64,000 nucleotides of DNA from Bdellovibrionales bacterium (GTDB lineage: Bacteria > Pseudomonadota > Alphaproteobacteria > UBA9219), in NCBI GenBank assembly GCA_040275305.1, contig JBEOJY010000022.1:3455-67454 (forward strand), read 5' to 3'. Both the position numbers and the translations under genes were made by a program. Of the stretch, positions 1 through 10,243 are shown piece after piece (position 1 is the stretch's first letter; the number at the start of each line of letters is the position of its first letter). The notes under the pieces were generated by a model. It did not search any database and was not told the origin of the DNA. It saw nothing but the letters and a program-made list of their open reading frames with translations.

Positions 1-1
1 A

Positions 2-370
2 TATGCAGTTGGAGATAAGGTCAAGCTAGTCGAGCAAGGGGTTCTGGATTGCTCATGGGGTCGCTTCGACAGGATTATGATGAACATCATATTCTCAACA
101 CCGCAGTTAACGCAGGAGCAAACCTCCGCGCTGGCTCAGAGCACGCTTTCTATTCATCGCGACTTGTTCACAAAGCTCGACGTCCTGATGACCGCAACAG
201 GAAAATGCTGCTTAGGATTTGCTTCCTTCGGCGACATTGAGGGGTTGGAAAAGGAACTCGTAAACTTGCAGTCCCGCCTTCCCGTGGCGCTGACATGCAA
301 ATCCGAGAGGCGTTTTGACGTAAACTGGTATTATCTTGAGTTGAGCCGTCCGCCCACTTTGTCTCTTTGA
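2..370 (+). CDS. Hypothetical protein, probably 5'-truncated by the window edge
   Basis: The frame of ORF 77..370 is open back to position 2 (YAVGDKVKLVEQGVLDCSWGRFDRI-MMNII...). No recognisable motif. Confidence 0.45.
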   Translation, partial: YAVGDKVKLVEQGVLDCSWGRFDRIMMNIIFSTPQLTQEQTSALAQSTLSIHRDLFTKLDVLMTATGKCCLGFASFGDIEGLEKELVNLQSRLPVALTCKSERRFDVNWYYLELSRPPTLSL

Positions 371-420
371 TCGCTGGCACTATAGTCGTTTCAGTATATT
401 CTCAGACATCCCGCAATCGT

Positions 421-561
421 CGTCATCGCGAGCGCAGCGACGCGATCCAGAGTCGGAAGCGTTGTCCGGTGTGGTTCTGGATTGCGTCGTCGCTACGCTC
501 CTCGCTGGCAGGGGGACTCCCTATTCTGTCAGCGAATTGTCTAACTTATACAGCAATGACG
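421..561. repeat. CGTCAT...ATGACG (CGTC-tagged REP-like) palindrome
   Basis: cgtcatcgcgagcgcagcgacgcgatccaga ... tctggattgcgtcgtcgctacgctcctcgc ... caatgacg; the right arm is interrupted by a short insertion. Confidence 0.75.
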
Positions 562-622
562 TGCTTATCGTCCGCCCCTACATAATCTGAAGCAACTATA
601 GAATGTCGCGCTACGTCTGGCG

Positions 623-1345
623 TCAGTTCGTCGGCAGCATCATGCGGTAGACGAAGGTCACGTGCGCGGGCTTCGTCTTGCCGCATTCGGCGTTAAGATT
701 CTCGGCCTTTATGGGTTGCATATTGGTCGCTTTCCCTAACTTGCAGCCGTTTCCGGTGCTGAGATTGCAGCCGTTGATGTTGACTTCGATCAGTCCCGGC
801 GGTCCCAGCGTACTGGAAATTTTATTGGCAAGCGCGATGCACGAGCCCATGTTGAGGCCGAGCAGCGTGACGCCAAAGAATTGGTAGGGAAGAGTTCCGG
901 CTGGTTTTCCTTTATAGCAAGGGTCGCTTGTGTTTCCGAGTTCCCAGCCGCATACATGCAACGTGCCGTCCGGAACCTTGTTGTTTCCTTCATAGCTTCC
1001 CCATGGCGTGTCGGCAATGCAGGTCCCCACCTTGCAATCATCAGGATTGCGCAAGAGATTCCCTGGAATGACATGGCTCTTCAGTAAATTGTGTGTCGTT
1101 GTCACATAGGATTCCCCTATCGGTATGCCGTCACGGCCTGCATAAAAGGCGCGCGTATCGCGGACGATTCCGGCAATGGCTTCCTCGGCCTGCTCGCGGC
1201 GCGTTTGTTCCCAGCCTTGCGAGACCATCGACCATACGCCGTAGGTGACTACGCCCATGATGCCGAGCACGATCGCAATCTCGGCAAGACTGATGCCGTA
1301 TTGTTTCCAGAGAGAACGCCGGGCAAACTTCTTTTTCGTGAACAT
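623..1345 (-). CDS. Type IV pilin/pseudopilin-like protein
   Basis: Basic leader MFTKKKFARRSLWKQYG, then class III cleavage G|ISLAEIAIVLGIMG (E+5) with a hydrophobic helix and a Cys-rich globular domain. ATG at 1345 preferred. Confidence 0.8.
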   Translation of the reverse strand: MFTKKKFARRSLWKQYGISLAEIAIVLGIMGVVTYGVWSMVSQGWEQTRREQAEEAIAGIVRDTRAFYAGRDGIPIGESYVTTTHNLLKSHVIPGNLLRNPDDCKVGTCIADTPWGSYEGNNKVPDGTLHVCGWELGNTSDPCYKGKPAGTLPYQFFGVTLLGLNMGSCIALANKISSTLGPPGLIEVNINGCNLSTGNGCKLGKATNMQPIKAENLNAECGKTKPAHVTFVYRMMLPTN

Positions 1346-1428
1346 TAGTGTCACCGTTGGGAATGGGGCGCGCGAATCGCGCATATGCGCTTATCTTTCC
1401 CCCTCTTGAAGCTTCGCGCAAGCCTGTA

Positions 1429-2545
1429 TCAGGCGTTATCGCTACTGCCTTTGATGCGTCGCGCGAGAGAGGCTTGCAGGAACATGTCGAGGTCGCCGTC
1501 GAGGACTTTTTGAATCTGGCTGGTTTCCGTGTCGGTGCGCAGGTCCTTGACCATTTGATAGGGCTGCATGACGTAGGAACGGATCTGGTGGCCCCAAGCG
1601 ATGTCGGTTTTTTGCGCTTCCAGCGCCGCCGCAGCGTCTTCGCGTTTTTTCAGTTCGCGCTCGTAGAGCCGAGCGCGCAGCATGTCCATTGCCTTTGCGC
1701 GGTTCTTGTGCTGCGAGCGTTCCTGCTGGCACGCGACGACGATGCCGCTTGGCATGTGCGTGATCCGGATCGCGCTTTCAGTTTTGTTGACGTGCTGGCC
1801 GCCTGCGCCGGAAGAACGATACGTATCGATCTTGAGGTCTTTTTCGTTGATTTCGATCGGGATGGACTCGTCCACCACGGGAGTCACGGCGACGCTCGCG
1901 AAGCTGGTGTGGCGGCGCGCGTTGGAGTCGAAGGGGCTGATGCGCACGAGGCGGTGCACGCCCGCCTCCGTCTTCAGCCAGCCATAGGCGTTTATGCCGC
2001 AGATCTGGATCGTGGCGGATTTCAGGCCCGCTTCTTCTCCCGCCGACTCTTCGAGCATTTCGATTTTACAGTTGTGGCGTTCGGCCCAGCGCGCGTACAT
2101 GCGCAGCAGCATTTGGGCCCAGTCCTGCGCCTCGGTGCCGCCCGCGCCCGCATTGACTTCGAGATAACAATCGTTGTGGTCGGCTTCTCCCGACAGCAAG
2201 CTTTCCAATTCGCGCTGCGCCGCCGTCTCTTTCAGCGCGAAGAGCGCTCGCTCGGCTTCGCCTGCCACGGCTTGATCGTTCTCGGATTCGGCGAGGGCCA
2301 GCATGTCGAGATTGTCGCGCAGGCCGTTCTCAAGTTCCCGGTAACCGCGCACGGACTGGTCCAGATGCGTACGTTCACGCATGATCGCTTGCGCTTTCGC
2401 GGAGTCGTTCCAGAGGTTGAGGTCTTCGGACAGCGCGTTCAGTTCGTCGAGACGCGCGAGAGCCTTGTCGAGGTCAAAGATGCCTCCTGAGCAGATCCAG
2501 CGATTTCTCGATGTCCGCTCGTGCTGACTGGATTTCGGCGCGCAT
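1429..2545 (-). CDS. prfB: Peptide chain release factor 2 (programmed +1 frameshift)
   Basis: GGQ motif (SSGAGGQHVN), SPF tripeptide, GGTEAQDWA. The upstream frame from ATG 2545 reads MRAEIQSARADIEKSLDLLRRHL-stop and joins the main frame at CTT TGA C. Confidence 0.97.
2473..2488 (-). promoter_or_regulatory. prfB +1 frameshift cassette: internal SD AGGAGG plus CTT TGA C
   Basis: Minus strand reads AGG AGG CAT CTT TGA C; CTT is codon 23 from ATG 2545. Confidence 0.95.
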
Positions 2546-2620
2546 TATCATACCCTGTTTATGCAGTTTCCTGCGGCGTTTTGGCCTATTTTCGCCGAAT
2601 TGTAAAGCCTTCTAGCAGGA

Positions 2621-4702
2621 TCAATGGTTGGTCTGGCGGCGCAGGAAGGCAGGAATGTCCAGAACATCCGAGGATTCGTCCACCGAAGACGGCGCATGAT
2701 CAACCGATGCGGCGCTGATTCCAGATGGTTCTTTCGGCGCAGTTGCGTCTCTTGCTCCCGGACTGCCTTCTTCCTCTTCCATGTCGTCTTTGTGCGCGGA
2801 GGGTCGCACGAGGCCGAAGCCCGTGATGCGCGTGAACAAGGATTCCGAGCGGCGCATCCGACGCTGCTCCGAGACGGAGCCTGAGCCTTGCGGCGGCACA
2901 GGGGTCAGGCGCAAATCGTAACCGCTGTGGCCGCCTGACGACGCGGCGGGTGATGGCGCGGACTGGCTGCCCGACGCCGTCATCGGCGAGATTCTGGTCG
3001 GCGGCGGCGGTAGTTGCGTCGCTGGCGCGGAAGCCGTTGCCGCTGTTGGGGATGCGGCGGAGCGCATGGAAGCCCCTAACGCGCTGCGGCCTAGCGGCGA
3101 CGCAGACGAAGACTCCAACGCCCCGGACGTCACAGACTCCTGACTCGCGCGCGACATGCTTCCCAACGTTCTGGGCGTTACCGTTTGCGGGCCTGAAGTC
3201 ATTCCGGCAGACGCCACCATTTTTTCCGGTTCTTCGCGGTAGTCCGTTTCTTGCCGCATTCTCGGCTCGGCTGCCCGTTCCTGAACTGCCTGCATCGCTT
3301 CCATCGCGGGACGCAGCGATGGCGCTTCAGATTCATGCGGGGATGACGCAGGGGGCATGGTGAAGTAGGGCGTTCTGGCGTTCACAGATGGCGTCATAAC
3401 TTGCGACGTTGGGGGCGGCGATGACGTTGCTGAAGATGTCGCAGTCGCGGATGGGGATGTCGGCGCGGTTGGTTGCTGCGTCGGAACCGAAGAGGAGAGC
3501 GGCGCAGCTGTGTAGGTCGGCGCCGAGGGCCTGAAAGCTGTGGGTATGGTCGTCGTCGGAGGCGACGACGAGGTCTGGGGCATTTGAGGCGTTGCGTAGG
3601 AGGATCTGTGCGTCGATTCCGTGGCTTGCGGCGGCGCTGCGGAAACGGCAGTTGCGCGCGTGGCCACAGGCTCAACGCCCGCGCGCGGGCGCACGGCCAT
3701 CGCGCCGCTTGTCGTCGTACGTGGGAGCGGAACAACGGACACGTCTATGCCGGTCGCTATCACCGAGACGCGGATACGCCCGTCCAAATCCTCGCCCAAG
3801 GTCGAGCCAACCTTGATTTGCGCTTCTGGGTCCACTTCTTCGCGGATGCGGTTGGCAGCCTGATCGACTTCGAACAGCGTCATATCCATGCCGCCCGTGA
3901 TGTTGATCAGCACGCCGCGCGCGCCCTTCATCGACACGTCATCCAGCAGCGGGTTAGAGATTGCGGCTTCGGCGGCGCGGATCGCGCGGTTTTCGCCATC
4001 GGATTCGCCGGTTCCCATCATCGCCTTGCCCATTTCGCTCATCACGGTGCGCACATCGGCAAAGTCGAGATTCATGAAACCCGGCATGACCATAAGGTCG
4101 GTGATGCCGCGCACGCCGCAATGGAGGACTTCGTCGGCCATGCGGAAGGCTTCGGCGAAGGTCGTGCGTTCGTTGGCGATACGGAAAAGATTCTGGTTGG
4201 GAATCACGATGAGCGTGTCGACATATTGTTGAAGCTCGGCAATGCCTTGCTCCGCCTGACGCATGCGGTGCGCCCCTTCGAAATGGAAAGGCTTGGTGAC
4301 AACGCCGACCGTGAGAATCCCCGACTCCCGCGCCGCGCGCGCGATGACAGGGGCCGCGCCTGTGCCTGTGCCGCCCCCCATGCCTGCGGTCAGGAAGACC
4401 ATGTCTGAACCTTCAAGGCACGACAAGATGTCGGCCAGTTGTTCTTCGGCTGCCGCGCGGCCCATTTCAGGCTTCGACCCCGCGCCTAGACCGCGCGAGA
4501 GATTGACTCCAAGCTGAATCTTGCGCGGCGCAAGCGACATGGCCAGCGCCTGAGAATCCGTGTTGGCCCCGATAAACTCGCAACCTTCGAGCTTACAACG
4601 AATCATGTTGTTGATGGCGTTGCCCCCTGCTCCGCCGATGCCCATGACCGTCAAGCACGGACGCAGATTATGTTCAGGATCCGTCATCGACAGGTTCATC
4701 AT
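2621..4702 (-). CDS. ftsZ: Cell division protein FtsZ with a very long S/T/P/A-rich linker
   Basis: [20 protein letters not shown] and NLDFADV motifs; C-terminal [12 protein letters not shown] peptide; SD AAGGAG upstream of ATG 4702. Confidence 0.97.
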   Translation of the reverse strand: MMNLSMTDPEHNLRPCLTVMGIGGAGGNAINNMIRCKLEGCEFIGANTDSQALAMSLAPRKIQLGVNLSRGLGAGSKPEMGRAAAEEQLADILSCLEGSDMVFLTAGMGGGTGTGAAPVIARAARESGILTVGVVTKPFHFEGAHRMRQAEQGIAELQQYVDTLIVIPNQNLFRIANERTTFAEAFRMADEVLHCGVRGITDLMVMPGFMNLDFADVRTVMSEMGKAMMGTGESDGENRAIRAAEAAISNPLLDDVSMKGARGVLINITGGMDMTLFEVDQAANRIREEVDPEAQIKVGSTLGEDLDGRIRVSVIATGIDVSVVPLPRTTTSGAMAVRPRAGVEPVATRATAVSAAPPQATESTHRSSYATPQMPQTSSSPPTTTIPTAFRPSAPTYTAAPLSSSVPTQQPTAPTSPSATATSSATSSPPPTSQVMTPSVNARTPYFTMPPASSPHESEAPSLRPAMEAMQAVQERAAEPRMRQETDYREEPEKMVASAGMTSGPQTVTPRTLGSMSRASQESVTSGALESSSASPLGRSALGASMRSAASPTAATASAPATQLPPPPTRISPMTASGSQSAPSPAASSGGHSGYDLRLTPVPPQGSGSVSEQRRMRRSESLFTRITGFGLVRPSAHKDDMEEEEGSPGARDATAPKEPSGISAASVDHAPSSVDESSDVLDIPAFLRRQTNH

Positions 4703-5127
4703 GTTGCCAATTCTCCTTGCGCTCAGGCCTGATTCAATAATTGTGAAAGTTTGGTGGTTAAATCTTACGCTATGACTTTGATACTGGCTTGATATTCCTT
4801 CTCTGGAATGCCCTAAAGCGGCGCACATCGAATCGCACCCCGATCAAAGCGGTCCTATATCAAACTTTTCCGTCGATTCGCGCAAGAGAAACCGACTGAC
4901 TCCTTAAGTTTTTCTTGATGTCTTTGAAGCGTGTCTTGCCGGAATTGCAGATTCTTCATCATCGTTTTTCGTATCGCGAAAAAAATATTTCCTTGGTTTA
5001 TAATATGCTGAAGAAGACACATCATGCGTTACATGAATTTGTTGTCCCCCGCTCCGGCACGCAAGCTCCGGCGTGGAACCGTCTCTTATTCTGAACGCAT
5101 GACGCTTTCGGCCAAGATAAGTTTTGT

Positions 5128-5352
5128 TATACTCCGTTTCCTTGAAAACACGCAAAAATGGCTGTCATTCCGCAAAATTTTTTTTCGGATTGCGAAGCAA
5201 GCTGATAAGAAAATTTATGCTGAATCCGATGTTTTTCATGGGGTTAGGACAAGATCGGATTCCGCATCTCCGCTTTCCGACCTTCGGTCGGAAGCTTCGT
5301 GCGGAATGACAGCCCTTTTTGCTTTTTCGGGTTTTCAATCGTACAGAGTATA
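5128..5352. mobile_element. MITE-like element (TATAC-TIR family) with CTGTCATTCCGC...GCGGAATGACAG cargo
   Basis: Imperfect TIRs tatactccgtttccttgaaaa / ttttcaatcgtacagagtata. Near-identical copy at 54426..54652. Confidence 0.8.
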
Positions 5353-5490
5353 GTATGGCTGGGATCAGAAATTTGCTAGCTGGAAGCGGGGCATTTTTTG
5401 GCGTCTTTCGGCCTTCAGTCCACGGTGGATTTTGACCATGCCACCCTACAGGCTAACCCTTTGAACATACATGATTAATGTAACCGTCTG

Positions 5491-5670
5491 CGTCATTCCG
5501 GCGAAAGCAGGAATGACGGCCCTTCTTACTGTGGTCATTCTTACGGAAATTATTGAGAATGATCATAGATGCCACAAAAAACAGCGCCTGTGATTCTGGA
5601 TCGCCACGTCGCCGCCCGTCTTCGCCCTCCGGGCTACGACGCAGCAAGTCGGCTCCTCGCGATGAGACGC
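5491..5670. repeat. Cluster of REP-like palindromes (one short hairpin plus one half element)
   Basis: cgtcattccggcgaaagcaggaatgacg at 5491-5518; tctggatcgccacgtcgcc...gctcctcgcgatg at about 5590-5670, matching the right arm of 12274..12375. Confidence 0.7.
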
Positions 5671-5827
5671 ATACGGTTACTCTTTCCTTACCCTGTCTTG
5701 GATCGCGTCACGGCATGGAAGTTACTCTGGAACGACTTGTACGCGCGCAGGAATGCGGGGTGTAAAGGCGTGGCGATCCTTGAGGGAACCAACTGTCTCC
5801 CAAGGTCAAGACATGAAGACAGGCTGG

Positions 5828-8413
5828 CTAATACAATCCTCCCGTTCCCATGGTCGAACCGTTCGGTCCAGACTGGGCTGGGGGCGGGGATGGCATTGCG
5901 GGAGCCGCTTCACCGCCGCTTACCGGGTTTTCCAAGTCTCCGGCCGGTGATTCAGGATAATACGTGACTGCGCCGTCTTGCATGATTGGGGGTTCTGTTT
6001 GCGTTCCCGGCGCTCCGTTACTCGCGGAACCCGTCACGCTGCCGTCCAGTACTGCGCGAATCTGCCCTTCCTGCGGTTCGGTGCCGGGAATATAGGCTTC
6101 CCAGATCGATTCTTTATCGCCGGAGATGGCAAGATCGCCTGTCGCAGGGTTGATTTTGACCATGCGCAAGCCGGGCGGCATGCGATACGGCACGTTAGGC
6201 ATGCCCTTGATCGCTTCCGTGATAAAGTCCCGGAAGATCGGAACGGCTACGCTCGCGCCAGTTTCATGCGAACCGAGCGGTTTAGGGTTATCAAAGCCGA
6301 CAAACACGCCACAGACCAGATCGGGCGTAAAACCGACAAACCATGCGTCCTTGCTGTCATTCGTGGTGCCGGTTTTTCCCGCCAGAGACACGGGAATATC
6401 GTGAAGCTTCGCCGCCGTGCCGCGCTGGACGACCCCTTGCAACATCGACACCATTTGATAAGCCGTACGCGGATCTTCCACCTGCTCGCGCGTGTCCGGG
6501 AGGTCGGGCGGCAGGAGATCCTGCGTCCAGCCTAGATTGCTGCACCCCTCGCAAAGGCGGTTATCCACACGCCAAACTGTGTGGCCTTCGCGGTTCTGAA
6601 CCCGATCGATGAAACTTGGCGCGATCTTGCGTCCCCCGTTGACGATTTCTCCGTAGGCCGCCGTCAGGCGCAACGGCGTGGTTTCCTTTGCGCCCAGCGA
6701 GAATGACAGCAGTTCCGGCATATCATCGACAATCCCGAATTTCTTGGCGTATTCCACCACGCTCGGCATGCCAATCGCGTTGGCAAGGCGTACCGTCATG
6801 ACGTTGCGCGATTTCTCGATGCCGACGCGCAACGGCGTGGGGCCGTAGAATTCCTGCGAATAGTTTTCGGGCTGCCAGAGCGGGAGTCCCGGGCCTTGAT
6901 AATATTCAAACGGCGCATCAAGCACGAGGCTTGAGGGCGTAAACCCCTTGTCGAGCGCGGCCATGTAGATGAAGGGTTTGAAAGCCGATCCCGGCTGGCG
7001 CAAGGCTTGCGTCGCCCGGTTGAACTGGCTGATGCGCGCGCTGAAACCGCCTTCCATGGCAAAAACGCGGCCCGTGTTCGGGTCCATCGCGACAATCGCG
7101 CCTTGTATGACGGGAACTTGTCGCAATGCGTAGGCATTATCGGGGTGGGCTTTTCCGTCTTCCCCAACTTTGACGCGCTCAACCATCACCACGTCTCCGA
7201 CGGCCAACACATCTGCGGGCTTGCGCACAGGGGGACCAAACTTATTGTCGTCCAGCTCACGCCTTCCCCACTTCATTTCCACCCACGGAATTAAGCCGCG
7301 CTGGCCGTCCAGCAGCATAATTTGCGCGTCCGCGTCATGGAGGGCGATGACAATGGCCAACGGCCATTCTTCGCCGCCCGGGGGCTGCGTCATGGTTTTC
7401 AGCTTGTTCACAGCATCGCTGCCGCCTATGATATGAGCGACAGGCCCGCGCCAGCCGCGCTCGCGGCGGTCATAGGCAATCAATCCGTCGCGCAAGGCTT
7501 TCGTCGCCAAGGCCTGAAGGCGTGGATTGAGGCTGGTTTTGACCGCAAGCCCCCCGCCTAGAACGGTTTCCTCGCCGAACTGCTTGATAAGTTGCCGCCT
7601 GACTTCCTCGGAAAAATAATCAGCGATGACGGTTTCGGCTTCGTCGCGGTGGCGCGCTTCGAGGGATTCCTGCTGCGCAAGGTATTTCTCGTTGTCGGTT
7701 ATGTAACCATTCACCGCCATGCGCGAAAGCACCCAGTTGCGGCGCTCTATGGCCTGCGCGTGATTGCGCGTAGGATTATAGCTGTTCGGCGCTTTGGGCA
7801 AGGCAGCCAGATAGGCGGCTTCGGCTAAACTTAGCTCATCAAGCGATTTGTTGAAGTAGTTCAAGGCGGCAGCGGCAACGCCGTAAGAGCGATTGCCCAA
7901 AAAAATCTCGTTCAGGTAAATTTCGAGAATGCGGTCTTTGGACAGGACTTTTTCTAGCCGTGTTGCCATGATAATCTCGCGTACTTTGCGCGCCACCGAT
8001 ACTTCATTGCTCAGCAGCATATTCTTGGCGACTTGTTGCGTGATGGTCGATGCGCCCATCGGTCTGCGGTCACGGCCTACATTTTGCATATTTATCAGAG
8101 CCGCGCGCGCAATTCCCGAAAAGTCGACGCCGCCGTGGTTATAGAAATCCTCGTCCTCCGCCGAAAGAAAGGCTTCAATCACTTTATGCGGAATTGTTTT
8201 GATGGGAACGAACACGCGCTGTTCCTGCGCGATGGTCGCCATCATACGACCATCGTCCGCGTAAATGCGCGTGAGGATCGGAGGCTGATAATCTTTAAGG
8301 TAAGAATAATCCGGCAAATCTTTGCTGTAATGATCAAATACCATCACTGTCGCGACGGCCCCGACCACTAGCAAGAGAAAAATGGACGATAGAAGGAAGG
8401 AGAAAAAGCGCAT
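5828..8413 (-). CDS. mrcA: Penicillin-binding protein 1A (class A PBP)
   Basis: N-terminal TM; transglycosylase motifs EDEDFYNHGG and GASTITQQVAKN; transpeptidase motifs GSAFKP (SxxK), SRN and KTGT. Confidence 0.95.
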   Translation of the reverse strand: MRFFSFLLSSIFLLLVVGAVATVMVFDHYSKDLPDYSYLKDYQPPILTRIYADDGRMMATIAQEQRVFVPIKTIPHKVIEAFLSAEDEDFYNHGGVDFSGIARAALINMQNVGRDRRPMGASTITQQVAKNMLLSNEVSVARKVREIIMATRLEKVLSKDRILEIYLNEIFLGNRSYGVAAAALNYFNKSLDELSLAEAAYLAALPKAPNSYNPTRNHAQAIERRNWVLSRMAVNGYITDNEKYLAQQESLEARHRDEAETVIADYFSEEVRRQLIKQFGEETVLGGGLAVKTSLNPRLQALATKALRDGLIAYDRRERGWRGPVAHIIGGSDAVNKLKTMTQPPGGEEWPLAIVIALHDADAQIMLLDGQRGLIPWVEMKWGRRELDDNKFGPPVRKPADVLAVGDVVMVERVKVGEDGKAHPDNAYALRQVPVIQGAIVAMDPNTGRVFAMEGGFSARISQFNRATQALRQPGSAFKPFIYMAALDKGFTPSSLVLDAPFEYYQGPGLPLWQPENYSQEFYGPTPLRVGIEKSRNVMTVRLANAIGMPSVVEYAKKFGIVDDMPELLSFSLGAKETTPLRLTAAYGEIVNGGRKIAPSFIDRVQNREGHTVWRVDNRLCEGCSNLGWTQDLLPPDLPDTREQVEDPRTAYQMVSMLQGVVQRGTAAKLHDIPVSLAGKTGTTNDSKDAWFVGFTPDLVCGVFVGFDNPKPLGSHETGASVAVPIFRDFITEAIKGMPNVPYRMPPGLRMVKINPATGDLAISGDKESIWEAYIPGTEPQEGQIRAVLDGSVTGSASNGAPGTQTEPPIMQDGAVTYYPESPAGDLENPVSGGEAAPAMPSPPPAQSGPNGSTMGTGGLY

Positions 8414-8801
8414 GGACTTCGTTTTAACTGGCGAATCGGCAAGTCGGCCTTCTGGGTTGTAACGCCTCGTTCCTGCTTGCGCCACGGAAATCGTCACAAT
8501 GGCTGGTCGCGATTGCCTCTGAGTACTATGCCTGCATGGAGAATTGAGGGCTTCTCTTTTGTCATTCCCAAGCTGAGGTGGCCTTTAAGGCAGGGCTAAG
8601 ATTTTCCTTTTGAAGACGTTCATGGGACGGATCGGCTTTCCTTACTCTGTCTTCCATCATGAGGCGGTTTAGGAGTTGCCTTTTTCAGGCATTGGGGGGT
8701 TTCCATGTGGCCGCGATAAAGGACCACCGCATTATTTCCTTGTCGCGACAGAGCGTTATTCCGTTAACTGCTTATTATTGTCGTTTTGTTAAGATATCGT
8801 T

Positions 8802-9077
8802 ATGACAGGTTCCGGAATTGACTCCTTTCGTCGACAGCTTGAGGGCTATCGCCTGACGACAGCCGAAATACTGTATCGCATGCCAGACCATCCTGCGTTG
8901 TTACAAAGTTATGTCTGGCAGGAGCTTGATCTTGTTCCTAAGTTCCCTGAGCTGCGGGCTTTCCTTAAGTTCTGGAATCGTCAGCTTGACGGCAAGCTCT
9001 ATCGCGTGACGGTAGCGGCGCGTGCGCCGATGGCGCCAATCATCTTTACTTGCGCGGATCAGGAATTTCTTTGCTGA
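8802..9077 (+). CDS. usg: Usg family protein
   Basis: QLEGYRLTTAEILYRMPDHPALLQSYVWQELDLVPKFPEL..FLKFW...LDG matches the Usg family pattern. Confidence 0.88.
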   Translation: MTGSGIDSFRRQLEGYRLTTAEILYRMPDHPALLQSYVWQELDLVPKFPELRAFLKFWNRQLDGKLYRVTVAARAPMAPIIFTCADQEFLC

Positions 9078-9111
9078 CGCCGTCCCCTAGATATGCTTGA
9101 TGTCGTAGATT

Positions 9112-9417
9112 ATGCGCGATGTTCGATTGTTGATTCTGTCCCTCCTGCTGCTTTCCGGCTGCGCTCCGGCCTATCGGCCACTGGTGGATATGCGCGGGGT
9201 CGATCCCGTCGACTTCAAGCAGGATTTGGCCGAATGCCGCGCTTATGCCGCGCAGCGCATTCCTTACAACAGCCACGCTCTTCCTTTGGAATCGGAGGAT
9301 GATGCCGCCTATGACCCGAACTATGGCAGTATTTCGCCGACCAAGGGGACGATCAAGCGCGAAAAGCGGATTATCAGGCGATGTTTGATGGGGCGCGGCT
9401 ATAGGGTGTTGGACTGA
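9112..9417 (+). CDS. Small lipoprotein
   Basis: Lipobox LSGC; PLVDMRGVD...DLAECRAYA and C-terminal RCLMGRGYRVL as in glycine-zipper-type small lipoproteins. Confidence 0.75.
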   Translation: MRDVRLLILSLLLLSGCAPAYRPLVDMRGVDPVDFKQDLAECRAYAAQRIPYNSHALPLESEDDAAYDPNYGSISPTKGTIKREKRIIRRCLMGRGYRVLD

Positions 9418-10209
9418 TTATTTTTCTAACCAGTCCATCAGTTTGCCGTTGAAGTTTTCCAGAATGTTGTTGTGCTCTTTGCCTGTGAACTGGAAAAATG
9501 TTTTCGGCTCGCGCGCGGCGGCAAAGAGCCGTTTGCCGTGAGACAGGGGGATTACGATGTCCTTGTCGCCGTGGCCGATTAGGACTGGCGCTTTGATTTG
9601 CGCGATTTTCGCAAGATTGTCGAAGCGATCAATGGTCAGGAGTTCAGCCGGGAAGATCGGAAAGCGGCGCTGCGCCATTTTCGCGACTGACAGATAGGGG
9701 GCGGCAAGCGCCAGCGCTGCTATGTCAGGGTATTCGACCGCCATTTGCGTCGCGACGCCCGTACCTAGCGAATGGCCATAGAGGGCGATGTTTTTCTCAT
9801 CCACGCCGCGCGATTTTAAGGCTTCGATAAAGGCGCGAGCGTCCGCGTAAAGCCCTTGTTCGCTGGGCGTTCCCTGTTGTCCGTTGTAGCTTCTGTATTC
9901 CACCAGAACGACGCCATATCCCCCCTCGACCAGCGAAACCATGGGGATTGCTATCGTGCGGATATTGTCCGCATTGCCGTGGAACACAACAATCGTTTGA
10001 AGCTTGTCTTGCGCAGGGGCCCACAGGCCACGAAGCGTGAGGCCATCGGACGTTGTCACGTCTAAAGGCGCGAATCTGGGGTGGGCAGGTTGCGCCAATT
10101 GCGCCGCTGCCCATTCCGCTCGCCCCGGTAAATAGATAATTTTGCTCTGAAAAATATACAGCGCAGCCAGCAGCGCCAGATATACGCCCACGCATGCCAG
10201 CGCAATCAT
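9418..10209 (-). CDS. Membrane-anchored alpha/beta hydrolase (ABHD17/YfhR-like)
   Basis: FHGNA, nucleophile GHSLG, HGDKDIVIP, terminal His (GKEHN). Start placed at MIALAC. Confidence 0.9.
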   Translation of the reverse strand: MIALACVGVYLALLAALYIFQSKIIYLPGRAEWAAAQLAQPAHPRFAPLDVTTSDGLTLRGLWAPAQDKLQTIVVFHGNADNIRTIAIPMVSLVEGGYGVVLVEYRSYNGQQGTPSEQGLYADARAFIEALKSRGVDEKNIALYGHSLGTGVATQMAVEYPDIAALALAAPYLSVAKMAQRRFPIFPAELLTIDRFDNLAKIAQIKAPVLIGHGDKDIVIPLSHGKRLFAAAREPKTFFQFTGKEHNNILENFNGKLMDWLEK

Positions 10210-10243
10210 GCGAATCCTATCGCGTGAAACTTTTTTGCGCGTC

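Noticed and set aside
1348-2490. 380-aa plus-strand ORF
   Set aside because: Antisense shadow of prfB with no motifs. The same applies to the other long shadows opposite ftsZ, aspC, guaB and valS.
4703-4828. N-terminal extension of FtsZ in the ORF track
   Set aside because: A good SD precedes ATG 4702 and homology starts there.
4904-5353. Short ORFs between ftsZ and mrcA
   Set aside because: They translate the MITE/REP sequence; the same peptides recur at the 54426 copy (for example 54232..54609, 54421..54663).
8585-8599. CtrA-like site TTAA-N7-CTAA between mrcA and usg
   Set aside because: Single imperfect match; too weak without conservation data.
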